A stretch of 25,833 nt of DNA from Candidatus Bipolaricaulia bacterium. Lineage in GTDB: Bacteria; Bipolaricaulota; Bipolaricaulia; JBHIAT01. Both the position numbers and the translations under genes were made by a program. The notes under the pieces are model-generated. The model did no database searches, had not been told where the DNA came from, and saw only the letters and a program-made list of their open reading frames with translations. Positions 16,821-24,614 of this stretch are shown here, piece after piece. The stretch spans positions 1-25,833 of the forward strand of contig JBHIAT010000034.1 of assembly GCA_046758705.1 (NCBI GenBank), read 5' to 3'. Numbering within the stretch: position 1 is the first letter of the stretch; every line of letters begins with the position of its first letter.

Positions 16821-18929
16821 ATGGAACGCATCGATATCTATCCGACACACCGGCATGGGGAATTCAAGCTGCGGCGTGGCCGGCCGTTTCCGTTCGGAGT
16901 CACCTTCGTGCCGGGGGGCGTCAACTTTTCGATCTTTTCGCGCCATGCCAACTCCTGTGTTCTGGTGCTGTTCGAAAAGGGCCAGCCCGAACCGATGGTG
17001 GAAATCCCGTTTCCGGACGAGTTCCGGATCGGGAACGTCTTCGCCATGATCGTATTCGATCTGGATTACGAAAATATCGAATACGGCTTTCGCATGGACG
17101 GACCGTACAACCCGGTGGAAGGTCACCGGTTTGACACCACGAAGACTCTCATGGATCCATACGCCAAGGCGATCGGGGGTCGGGATGTTTGGGGGGAATC
17201 GCCCGATTGGGATGACATCTACCCGCATCGCGCCCGTCTCGTTTATGACGACTTTGACTGGGAATCAGACCGGCCTCTCGAAATACCGATCGAGGATCTG
17301 ATTATCTACGAGATGCACGTCCGCAGCTTCACCCGGGATCCATCCTCCGGAGTGAAGCATCCAGGGACATTTGCCGGCATCCGCGAGAAGATTCCCTACC
17401 TCCAAGAGTTGGGTGTCAACTGCATCGAGCTGATGCCCATCTATGAATTTGATGAATTCGAAAACAGCCGACCCAACCCGGAAACGGGAGAGCAGCTGTT
17501 GAATTATTGGGGCTACAGCACGGTCGGCTTCTTTGCGCCCAAGGCCGGCTACGCGGCCACGGGCAGGTTTGGGATGCAGGTCGATGAGTTCAAAGCGCTG
17601 ATCAAAGAACTGCACAAGCATGGCATCGAGGTCATTCTTGACGTGGTGTTCAACCACACAGCGGAAGGCAATGAGAACGGCCCCACCATCTCGTTTCGGG
17701 GTATAGACAACCAAACCTACTACATGCTCACATCGGACGGCTATTACCTGAACTTCAGTGGCACCGGCAACACCCTGAACTGCAACAACCCGATCGTTCG
17801 CAACATGGTGCTCGACTGTCTTCGCTACTGGGCGGCGGAATACCACATCGACGGCTTCCGCTTTGATCTTGCCGCCATCCTGGGACGCGACCCCCAGGGC
17901 GCTCCGCTGGAAAACCCACCGCTGCTCGAAACGCTCGCGTTCGACCCGATTCTGGGCAAGTGCAAACTCATCGCTGAGGCATGGGACGCAGGTGGCCTCT
18001 ATCAGGTCGGCTCCTTCCCCGCCTACGGGCGTTGGGCCGAGTGGAACGGCAAGTACCGCGATACACTCCGCAAATTCCTGAAAGAGGATCTCGGACAGGT
18101 TGGGGGGATAGCACAGCGACTCCAGGGTTCGCCGGATCTCTATCGGGGCCGCGGACCGACCGCGTCCATCAATTTTGTCACGTGTCACGACGGTTTTACG
18201 CTGGCCGACCTGGTTTCGTACAATGAGAAGCACAATGAAGCCAACGGCGAAAACAACAACGATGGGGCCAACGATAACCACAGCTGGAACTGTGGTTGGG
18301 AAGGACCGACCGACGACCCGGAAATCAACGCGCTTCGGCGCCGACAGATCAAAAATGCCGTGGCCATGATGATGGTGAGCCAGGGTGTGCCTATGATCCT
18401 CATGGGCGATGAACTCGGGCGAACCCAGCACGGCAACAACAACACCTATTGCCACGACAACGAACTCAACTGGCTGAACTGGACGCTGTTGGAATCCAAC
18501 GAGGATTTGTTTCGGTTTTTCAAAAACTGTGTTGCCTTCCGCAAAGCTCATCCCGTGCTGAGAAACAGTTCGCACTTCCGCAATGAGGATTACGTAGGAA
18601 GTGGCTATGCCGATATCACCTGGCACGGAAGTCAGGCATGGAACGCCGACTGGTCCGGCTCCAGTCGCACCCTGGCTTTCATGCTGTGTGGTAAACATGC
18701 CAAGGGCGGCACGGTAGAGGACAATTACATCTATGTGGCCATGAATATGCACTGGGAAAGCCACATGTTCGAACTGCCGGGATTGCCGGAGGGCATGAAG
18801 TGGCATGTGTTTGCCAATACCGGTGCCGCCTCACCCGAGGATATCTGGGAGCCCGAAACCGAACCTGTCCTAAACGATCAGTGCCTTCTCATAGGGGACC
18901 GATCTGTGGCTATCCTGGTGGGCAGATAA
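16821..18929 (+). CDS. glgX: Glycogen debranching enzyme/isoamylase (GH13)
   Basis: GVNFSIFS, IIYEMHVR, NYWGY, LDVVFNHTAEG, catalytic DGFRFD / IAEAWD / TCHDGFTL, GNNNTYCHDNELNW. Confidence 0.96.
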   Translation: MERIDIYPTHRHGEFKLRRGRPFPFGVTFVPGGVNFSIFSRHANSCVLVLFEKGQPEPMVEIPFPDEFRIGNVFAMIVFDLDYENIEYGFRMDGPYNPVEGHRFDTTKTLMDPYAKAIGGRDVWGESPDWDDIYPHRARLVYDDFDWESDRPLEIPIEDLIIYEMHVRSFTRDPSSGVKHPGTFAGIREKIPYLQELGVNCIELMPIYEFDEFENSRPNPETGEQLLNYWGYSTVGFFAPKAGYAATGRFGMQVDEFKALIKELHKHGIEVILDVVFNHTAEGNENGPTISFRGIDNQTYYMLTSDGYYLNFSGTGNTLNCNNPIVRNMVLDCLRYWAAEYHIDGFRFDLAAILGRDPQGAPLENPPLLETLAFDPILGKCKLIAEAWDAGGLYQVGSFPAYGRWAEWNGKYRDTLRKFLKEDLGQVGGIAQRLQGSPDLYRGRGPTASINFVTCHDGFTLADLVSYNEKHNEANGENNNDGANDNHSWNCGWEGPTDDPEINALRRRQIKNAVAMMMVSQGVPMILMGDELGRTQHGNNNTYCHDNELNWLNWTLLESNEDLFRFFKNCVAFRKAHPVLRNSSHFRNEDYVGSGYADITWHGSQAWNADWSGSSRTLAFMLCGKHAKGGTVEDNYIYVAMNMHWESHMFELPGLPEGMKWHVFANTGAASPEDIWEPETEPVLNDQCLLIGDRSVAILVGR

Positions 18930-18963
18930 AATAGAGAAATATTCTCAACGAAAGGAGAAGATC

Positions 18964-19302
18964 ATGGCGTTCGACGCAGCTTTAGAAATGGCCCACGGTA
19001 TCGCTAAAATCACCTTGTCTGGAGAACTGGATGCGAATGGAGCGCCGACCTTCAAGTCGGAGGTGGAGAAAGCCGCGGCCGAGCAACCGAAACGCCTTGT
19101 CTTACTGATGCAAGATCTGGAATATATGGCCAGTGCCGGTCTGCGGATCCTCATCTTCGCCAAGCAAAAGATGGGCACCGACGTTGACATCTATGTGGTT
19201 GGTGCTCAGGAGCCGGTGATGGAAACCCTTCAACTGTCCGGATTCCACCAAAGCGTCATTGCGCTGGATACGTATGATGCCGCCGAGATAGAGAACATAT
19301 AG
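18964..19302 (+). CDS. STAS-domain anti-sigma factor antagonist 2
   Basis: LSGELDA...LEYMASAGLR...LSGF. Confidence 0.92.
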   Translation: MAFDAALEMAHGIAKITLSGELDANGAPTFKSEVEKAAAEQPKRLVLLMQDLEYMASAGLRILIFAKQKMGTDVDIYVVGAQEPVMETLQLSGFHQSVIALDTYDAAEIENI

Positions 19303-19329
19303 GAAGGAAAACGGTCCCTTGAGGTTGAT

Positions 19330-19767
19330 ATGGAGTCTTTAACCGTACCTGGCACGCTAGATTCTCTGAAAACTATCAGAGAGTACGTAACGGCGGCAGC
19401 CGATGAAGCTGACCTGGACAAAAAAGCCGCCTATCGCTTGCGCCTAGCCGTGGACGAAATAGCCACCAATGTGATTGTTCACGGTTATAATGAAGCGGGT
19501 CGCGAAGGGATGCTGGACTTAAACGCCGATATCGACGAAAACGCTCTGACGATCTGTCTTGAGGATACCGGTATGTCCTACGACCCTCGCCAGAATCCGA
19601 CCCCGGATGATTTGGACGAGCCCCTAGAACAGCGGCCGATTGGCGGGCTGGGCGTGTATCTCGCCATACAAGGTGTCGACAGGTTCACTTATGAACGCAT
19701 TGGGGACCGGAATCGAAACATCTTTGTGGTAAATCGGAAAGCGACCGCATCCGAGGAAGGAGAATAA
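19330..19767 (+). CDS. RsbW/SpoIIAB-like Ser/Thr kinase (anti-sigma factor, HATPase)
   Basis: LRLAVDEIATNVIVHGY (N box), LEDTG..YDP, GGLGVYL, YER...RN. Confidence 0.93.
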   Translation: MESLTVPGTLDSLKTIREYVTAAADEADLDKKAAYRLRLAVDEIATNVIVHGYNEAGREGMLDLNADIDENALTICLEDTGMSYDPRQNPTPDDLDEPLEQRPIGGLGVYLAIQGVDRFTYERIGDRNRNIFVVNRKATASEEGE

Positions 19768-19780
19768 GGAGTTCAGAATC

Positions 19781-20659
19781 ATGGCAACCGAATCAGAGAG
19801 GGAAGAGCTGCTGAAACTCGAACGTGAGCTGCAAATCGCCCGGAAAATTCAGGCTGATTTCTTGCCCGATACGCTGCCGCAGCCAGATGGCTGGGAGATC
19901 GCTGCCCGCTTCCATCCGGCGCGTGAGGTGGCCGGGGATTTTTACGACGCCTTCCCCCTCGCGCAAGACAGGCGGGTGGGCTTTGTCATCGCCGATGTCT
20001 GCGACAAAGGTGTGGGTGCCGCGCTGTTCATGGCCCTGATTCGCAGCTTGGTCCGGGCTTTTGCCCAACAGCACTATTCGTTGAGCTGGATGGACGAGCT
20101 TTCGCCCGATTGGCTCAGTGACGACGCTCCAGGCCGTTCGGTGGAGCAGCGGCGGGCGGTCCTTTCAACGGGCACAACCGCCCTCAAAAATGCTGTGGTG
20201 CTCACCAATAATTACATCCTCCAAAATCACGAGCAGGCGAATATGTTTGCCACCCTTTTCTTTGGCGTGCTGGACCCGGCCACTGGCTCGCTGAACTACG
20301 TGAATGGTGGACATAATCCGCCATTCATCGTCGGCCCGGACGGTGTGAAAGCGCGCCTCACCCCCACCGGACCGGCAGTCGGCATGTTTGCCGACGTGGA
20401 TTTTAACATCGAGCAAGCCCAGCTCGACCCCGGTGATATCCTGATCACCTACACCGACGGTGTGCCCGAGGCGCGGGACCCAGATGGAAAATTCTTCACC
20501 GAAAAACGGCTGCTTTCGCTAGTGGAGCCGTCTGCTCCCTCGGCTACAGCGTTGCTGGACCGCATCGAAACGAATCTGGACGCCCACATTGCCGAGGCAG
20601 ACCAATTTGATGACATTACCATGCTGGCTGTACGGCGGGCACCCGCATCCGAAGCATAG
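19781..20659 (+). CDS. PP2C/SpoIIE-family Ser/Thr phosphatase (RsbU/IcfG-like) with no sensory domain
   Basis: ELQIARKIQADFLP, VAGDFYD, VIADVCDKGVGAALFM, YVNGGHNPP, YTDGV.EA, DDITML. Only about 12 residues precede the conserved ELxxAxxIQ helix. Confidence 0.93.
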   Translation: MATESEREELLKLERELQIARKIQADFLPDTLPQPDGWEIAARFHPAREVAGDFYDAFPLAQDRRVGFVIADVCDKGVGAALFMALIRSLVRAFAQQHYSLSWMDELSPDWLSDDAPGRSVEQRRAVLSTGTTALKNAVVLTNNYILQNHEQANMFATLFFGVLDPATGSLNYVNGGHNPPFIVGPDGVKARLTPTGPAVGMFADVDFNIEQAQLDPGDILITYTDGVPEARDPDGKFFTEKRLLSLVEPSAPSATALLDRIETNLDAHIAEADQFDDITMLAVRRAPASEA

Positions 20660-20667
20660 CTGCGGAT

Positions 20668-23595
20668 ATGCCGTCCGATGAGCTGTTCAGCCGTGAAGAG
20701 GTGCTGGGCGGCCTGCCCGCCAGACAGGCACATACCTTACTCTTCCTCATTGAGAGCCGCACGGCGCATCTGGTAGCACAATCGCGGCGCGCCATGGAGA
20801 TCTTCCTCACCGAACAGGCGGCTGAGGAGCGCGATCTCGCGTTCTTCGAGGCGTTCAGCTTAGGGCGCCAACCTCCACTCCGCCCCACCATCCAGGATCT
20901 GGAACGCTATGCCCCCCAGTGGGCATCCCTGGTGCCGGACAACCCCAGGCTGCAGGCCGCTATCGCCCACATCCTGGGCGAGAAGTATGACTTCACTTAC
21001 CCAGCGGTGCCGGGCATCCGGGCGGCGTTGGGGGCGGACGAGGAAGCGGTACAGCAAGCTTACCATCGCCTGTACCGCGAACCGCTGGAGACGATCTTTG
21101 CCTCACGGACCCCACTGCCCGACCGACTGCGCTGGACCTGGACCGCGCTGGCCGAGTGGCTGGAGTCCCTGTCGCCTTTCTGGACCGCTTTTGCGTTGAC
21201 CCTCACCGAGATCGTTGCCGAGAGCATCCTGGCGTTGCCCATTGCCGTGGCCGGTATCGGCCCGCTGGCCGGTATTGTGGTCCTGGTCGTGCTGGGCGTG
21301 GTCAACGTGCTGACCATCGCTTCTCTGGCCGAAGCCGTCTCGCGAAGCGGCACCATTCGATACGGCAGCGGCTTCATCGGGCGGTTGGTGTCGGACTACC
21401 TGGGGAGCGCCGGTTCCCTCATCCTCACGTTAGCGGTGGCCACCATCTGTTTCGCGCACCTGGTGGCTTACTATATTGGAGTATCGACCACACTGGCGGA
21501 TGCCACACATGTGTCCGCTGCGGTGTGGACCGGGCTGCTGTTCCTGATCGGCCTGTACTTTCTGTCACGCGAGGCGCGAGAATCGATCCACTCCACCGTT
21601 GCCTCTTCATTGCTCGTGGGTGGGATCAACATCGGCCTGATCCTGATCCTCTCGATTCTCGCCTTCCCCCACGTGCGATCAGCAAACCTGCTGTATATGG
21701 AAGTGCCGTTCCTCGGTGGCCATCATTTCGAGCCCGAACTTGTGGAGACGCTGTTCGGCGTTATCATCGTGGGATACCTCGGACACCTGTCGGTGGGCAG
21801 CTCGGCCAGGGTCGTGCTCCGCCGTGACCCCAGTGCGCGCGCGCTGATCTGGGGCAGCATGGCGGCGGAGGTTGTCGTCATCGGCCTCTATTCCATCTGG
21901 GTGTTAGCCATTAACGGGGCGGTCGCTTCGGAGGTATTGGTTCATGAGTCGGGCACCGCCCTGGTCCCATTGGCGGAACAGGTTGGCCCCAGCGTGCTCT
22001 GGTTGGGATCTGCCCTGGTCATCCTCGGTATGGGTATGGCCTCGATCCATTACTCCGTCGGCCTGTTCAATCTGGTCCGTGAACGGCTTCCCAGACAGCA
22101 TCGCCCGATCGTGATGCTGCCCCACAAGCACGGGAAACTGCTGTTCCACCGACGTAGCAAACCCAGCGGCAGCCCGCGCATCGGTCTGACCTACCTGGGA
22201 CTCGATGACACCCAGTCCCAGCCGCAGTTCCGCCTCGATGTCCAACTGGGTGGCAACACCCATCACCTGGAAACGACTGTTGCCGATCACTGGCAGATCA
22301 CCGAGCTCTTTGACCGGCTTCCGGAGCTGCGCCAGCATCGAGTTCGCCTGACCCTGGGGATCCTGGACGCCAACCCGGAGAGTGTCCGCCTGCGAATCCA
22401 TTCGCCGATGCACCTGACCTATGAGGGAAACTGGGATGTCATCGGACTGAACATGGCCGATCTGCTCACCCTGCCCGACTCGCTGCGTCGACTGGTCAAC
22501 TGGATCATGCGCCAGGGAGACGTGAACCTGGCCCAAGTGGTGGCACACACCGGCGGGGATGAAGCAAGCACCCGCACCATGTTGGAGACGTTGATAGAGC
22601 AAGGCTTCGTGCGGGAAGTGAGTGTGGAAGGCGAGAACGAGGTACGCTACCGGGCGCGTCTTGCCCCCAAACGGCGACGGCAGCTGTCTCAAGAGATCTG
22701 GCAGGCTCTGGACGAGACGGTGGAAGTGCCGGCCGGTGCTCGTGTTGGCTCCGTGCGGCTCTGGGAAGGCATGCGTGTGCTGGCACAACGTATCTGGGAG
22801 GTGCTGGGCGAGCGCGGACGGTTCTTGCTGTCGGTGAGTCCGATGATGATCGTCTTCGTGGTGACCGAGTGGCTCCTCCTTAATCATGTGGAATCATTTG
22901 TCGAGGCGCTCGAATTTGCTGGCGTGATTCCCGCGTCCCTGTTTGCCGGCATTTTTCCAGTTTTGCTGTTATTTGCCAGCCGGCGAAAGAGCGAGTTCGT
23001 GCTGAGTGGGGTCTTCCGGTTCCTGGGGCATCCATGGTTCATCGCGAGCATCTACCTCCTGATCCTGGCCAGTCTGCTTTTCCACGGTCTGATCATCTGG
23101 CACAATCCCGTGGAGCGCGCCAGCGCATTGATCGCCGCTATCTTGGTGTTGGGAGTGACCATCGCGATGGTCCGCCGGGGAGCGTTCGCTTCACGCATGG
23201 TGGTGGAACTGCGCGAAGAGCTGAGTGAGGACGGAGAAGGACAGGCGGTCTTCTCCATTACCGCCGACGGTCAACCGACGGCGACGCAGGTACGGTTGGG
23301 ATATCCTGACGGGGAGCAACAGTACCGGACGGCCATCGGCGAGGTGCCGGAGTTCGCTTCGCTGCGCTATGCAGCGTTTCACCTGCCGGAGGACCAGGCA
23401 CACGAGCTCAAGGTGTGGGTACATGCGGTTACCCCGGAAGGGGAGTCTGAGGGGTTGCCTGCGCTGTTAGATCTGCACTGTGGAAACGAGACGACGCGGT
23501 TTGATCTGAGGCTGTCCGGCGGCCAGGTGGTGCTGCCCGCCACCAACAAGGCGTGCCAGTTAGAGATCACATTTTCAGAGCTGTCCCGTTCTTGA
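20668..23595 (+). CDS. Large membrane protein: amino-acid permease-like (APC) core with soluble N-terminal, internal (winged-helix) and C-terminal domains
   Basis: About 12 hydrophobic segments starting at TLTEIVAESILALPIAVAGIG (permease TM1-like), interrupted by a roughly 240-aa hydrophilic insert that includes an HTH-like segment. Confidence 0.75.
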   Translation: MPSDELFSREEVLGGLPARQAHTLLFLIESRTAHLVAQSRRAMEIFLTEQAAEERDLAFFEAFSLGRQPPLRPTIQDLERYAPQWASLVPDNPRLQAAIAHILGEKYDFTYPAVPGIRAALGADEEAVQQAYHRLYREPLETIFASRTPLPDRLRWTWTALAEWLESLSPFWTAFALTLTEIVAESILALPIAVAGIGPLAGIVVLVVLGVVNVLTIASLAEAVSRSGTIRYGSGFIGRLVSDYLGSAGSLILTLAVATICFAHLVAYYIGVSTTLADATHVSAAVWTGLLFLIGLYFLSREARESIHSTVASSLLVGGINIGLILILSILAFPHVRSANLLYMEVPFLGGHHFEPELVETLFGVIIVGYLGHLSVGSSARVVLRRDPSARALIWGSMAAEVVVIGLYSIWVLAINGAVASEVLVHESGTALVPLAEQVGPSVLWLGSALVILGMGMASIHYSVGLFNLVRERLPRQHRPIVMLPHKHGKLLFHRRSKPSGSPRIGLTYLGLDDTQSQPQFRLDVQLGGNTHHLETTVADHWQITELFDRLPELRQHRVRLTLGILDANPESVRLRIHSPMHLTYEGNWDVIGLNMADLLTLPDSLRRLVNWIMRQGDVNLAQVVAHTGGDEASTRTMLETLIEQGFVREVSVEGENEVRYRARLAPKRRRQLSQEIWQALDETVEVPAGARVGSVRLWEGMRVLAQRIWEVLGERGRFLLSVSPMMIVFVVTEWLLLNHVESFVEALEFAGVIPASLFAGIFPVLLLFASRRKSEFVLSGVFRFLGHPWFIASIYLLILASLLFHGLIIWHNPVERASALIAAILVLGVTIAMVRRGAFASRMVVELREELSEDGEGQAVFSITADGQPTATQVRLGYPDGEQQYRTAIGEVPEFASLRYAAFHLPEDQAHELKVWVHAVTPEGESEGLPALLDLHCGNETTRFDLRLSGGQVVLPATNKACQLEITFSELSRS

Positions 23596-23632
23596 CACCT
23601 GTCCCCTGGCTGCTCCATGTGGGATCACGAAC

Positions 23633-24039
23633 TTATTGGCTGGGTTCTTCCCGCTTGTTCCTGAGTTCTTTCGCCTTTTGCTTTAGCTGTTGGAAGTACT
23701 CGGTATCAGTGATCTCAGCGACTTGGCGTGCCTTCTTGGTTTCGTTGATTTCGATGCGGAGCTCCTCCTTGTCCCAACTCATCAGTACACATGGTGACGT
23801 TTTCCAAGCTTTCGGGTTGGAACGTTTCAGCCTCAACGGCGGCGGCGGTGAGCCGGGCGACCGGTTCAGTCACTCGACGGGCCAGAACGATGGAGGCCAA
23901 CAGGCCAACCACCAACACGAAGGCGGCCACCGCGACCGCCAGTTGCAGGTTGCGACGTATGATCGCGCGCACATGCTCGGTGGGCAGGTACACCAGCGTC
24001 GCGCCGGTCACCTGATCTTGCGCATCGGGGATGGGCGCC
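23633..24039 (-). pseudogene. Truncated, internally deleted TM-HAMP protein carrying the same C-terminal tail as the PAS-GAF paralogs
   Basis: APIPDAQDQVTGATLV (Cache-like end), TM, ARRVTEPVARLTAAA...DELGQ (HAMP); frame change at 23768 into EELRIEINETKKARQVAEITDTEYFQQLKQKAKELR. 5' part replaced by intron sequence. Confidence 0.82.
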
Positions 24040-24132
24040 ATGCCCTTAGGTTGACCCTATCAGTTTCCCTTCCCTTTCGGTTGAATGGTGTCTCACTAGG
24101 CCAACCGTAGCCGGTTTCCACCGCCCCCTCAT
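24034..24132 (-). mobile_element. Probable domain VI remnant of a second (outer) group II intron
   Basis: Minus strand ATGAGGGGGCGGTGGAAACCGGCTACGGTTGGCCTAGTGAGACACC...CCGAAAGGG...GATAGGGTCAACCT...GGCGCC resembles extended bacterial intron DVI, with internal stem GGTTGGCCT/GGGTCAACC. The terminal branch helix is missing. Confidence 0.55.
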
Positions 24133-24612
24133 GTAGAGTAGGAACAAAGCGCACCTTCCCACCTCACAATGGGCGTGTTTCTTCATTCCCCTCTCCGAAC
24201 CCGCCGTGCCTCTGTTCGAGGCAACGGGCTCTCCATCGACGGTCTCATTTACTCTGTTGGTTAAACTGCGCCCTGTATGCGCCTTCAGAGCGAAGCTATG
24301 TTGAGTCAGACTGATAGTGTCCATACATTTCCAGGACATTCCTCTGCTCACCTGCTTCGACCGTCAACTGGGGGCCTTCCCGATCGCCTGGCGGGTCGCT
24401 AGGCTTTGTACGTGGTTTTTCCACGCTCACAGTACTACGCCCCCTCCGCCACGCTGGGACCACCTCAACCGCAGGTAGTCCAGTCCCAAGGGACGGGTCC
24501 CAGCGCTTCCCACGTTCACATGACTGTCATCTACACTCCGGGTTAGGCCGTTCCTAGACGTCCGTCGGGTGTTCTCTACACCCCCGTCGTGACCCGTATG
24601 CTTGTACCCCGC
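24133..24612 (-). ncRNA. Group II intron, ORF-less (IEP deleted), 5'-truncated at IS630
   Basis: DV at 24231-24197 GAGCCCGTT-GCCTC-GAACA-GAGGC-AC-GGCGGGTTC (AGC triad, AC bulge). DVI with bulged A at 24139, ending CTACTCTAC at 24133. DIV stem TTGACGGTC/GACCGTCGA, DIII GGGGGC/GCCCCC, DII GCGCTGGGACC/GGTCCCAGCGT. Confidence 0.85.
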
Positions 24613-24614
24613 TA

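Noticed and set aside
17265-18806. 513-aa minus-strand ORF
   Set aside because: Antisense shadow of glgX with no motifs; expected from codon bias.
21904-22887. 327-aa minus-strand ORF and similar overlapping ORFs throughout the operon
   Set aside because: Shadows of well-supported plus-strand genes.
23760-23775. Programmed frameshift joining HAMP and tail
   Set aside because: No slippery sequence, and the HAMP second helix is absent in either frame, so deletion explains it better.
23553-24110. 185-aa plus-strand ORF
   Set aside because: Antisense to the HAMP-tail remnant and intron fragment.
24046-24351. 101-aa minus-strand ORF as a functional gene
   Set aside because: Only the first ~20 codons look IEP-like; the rest reads through structured DV and DVI RNA.
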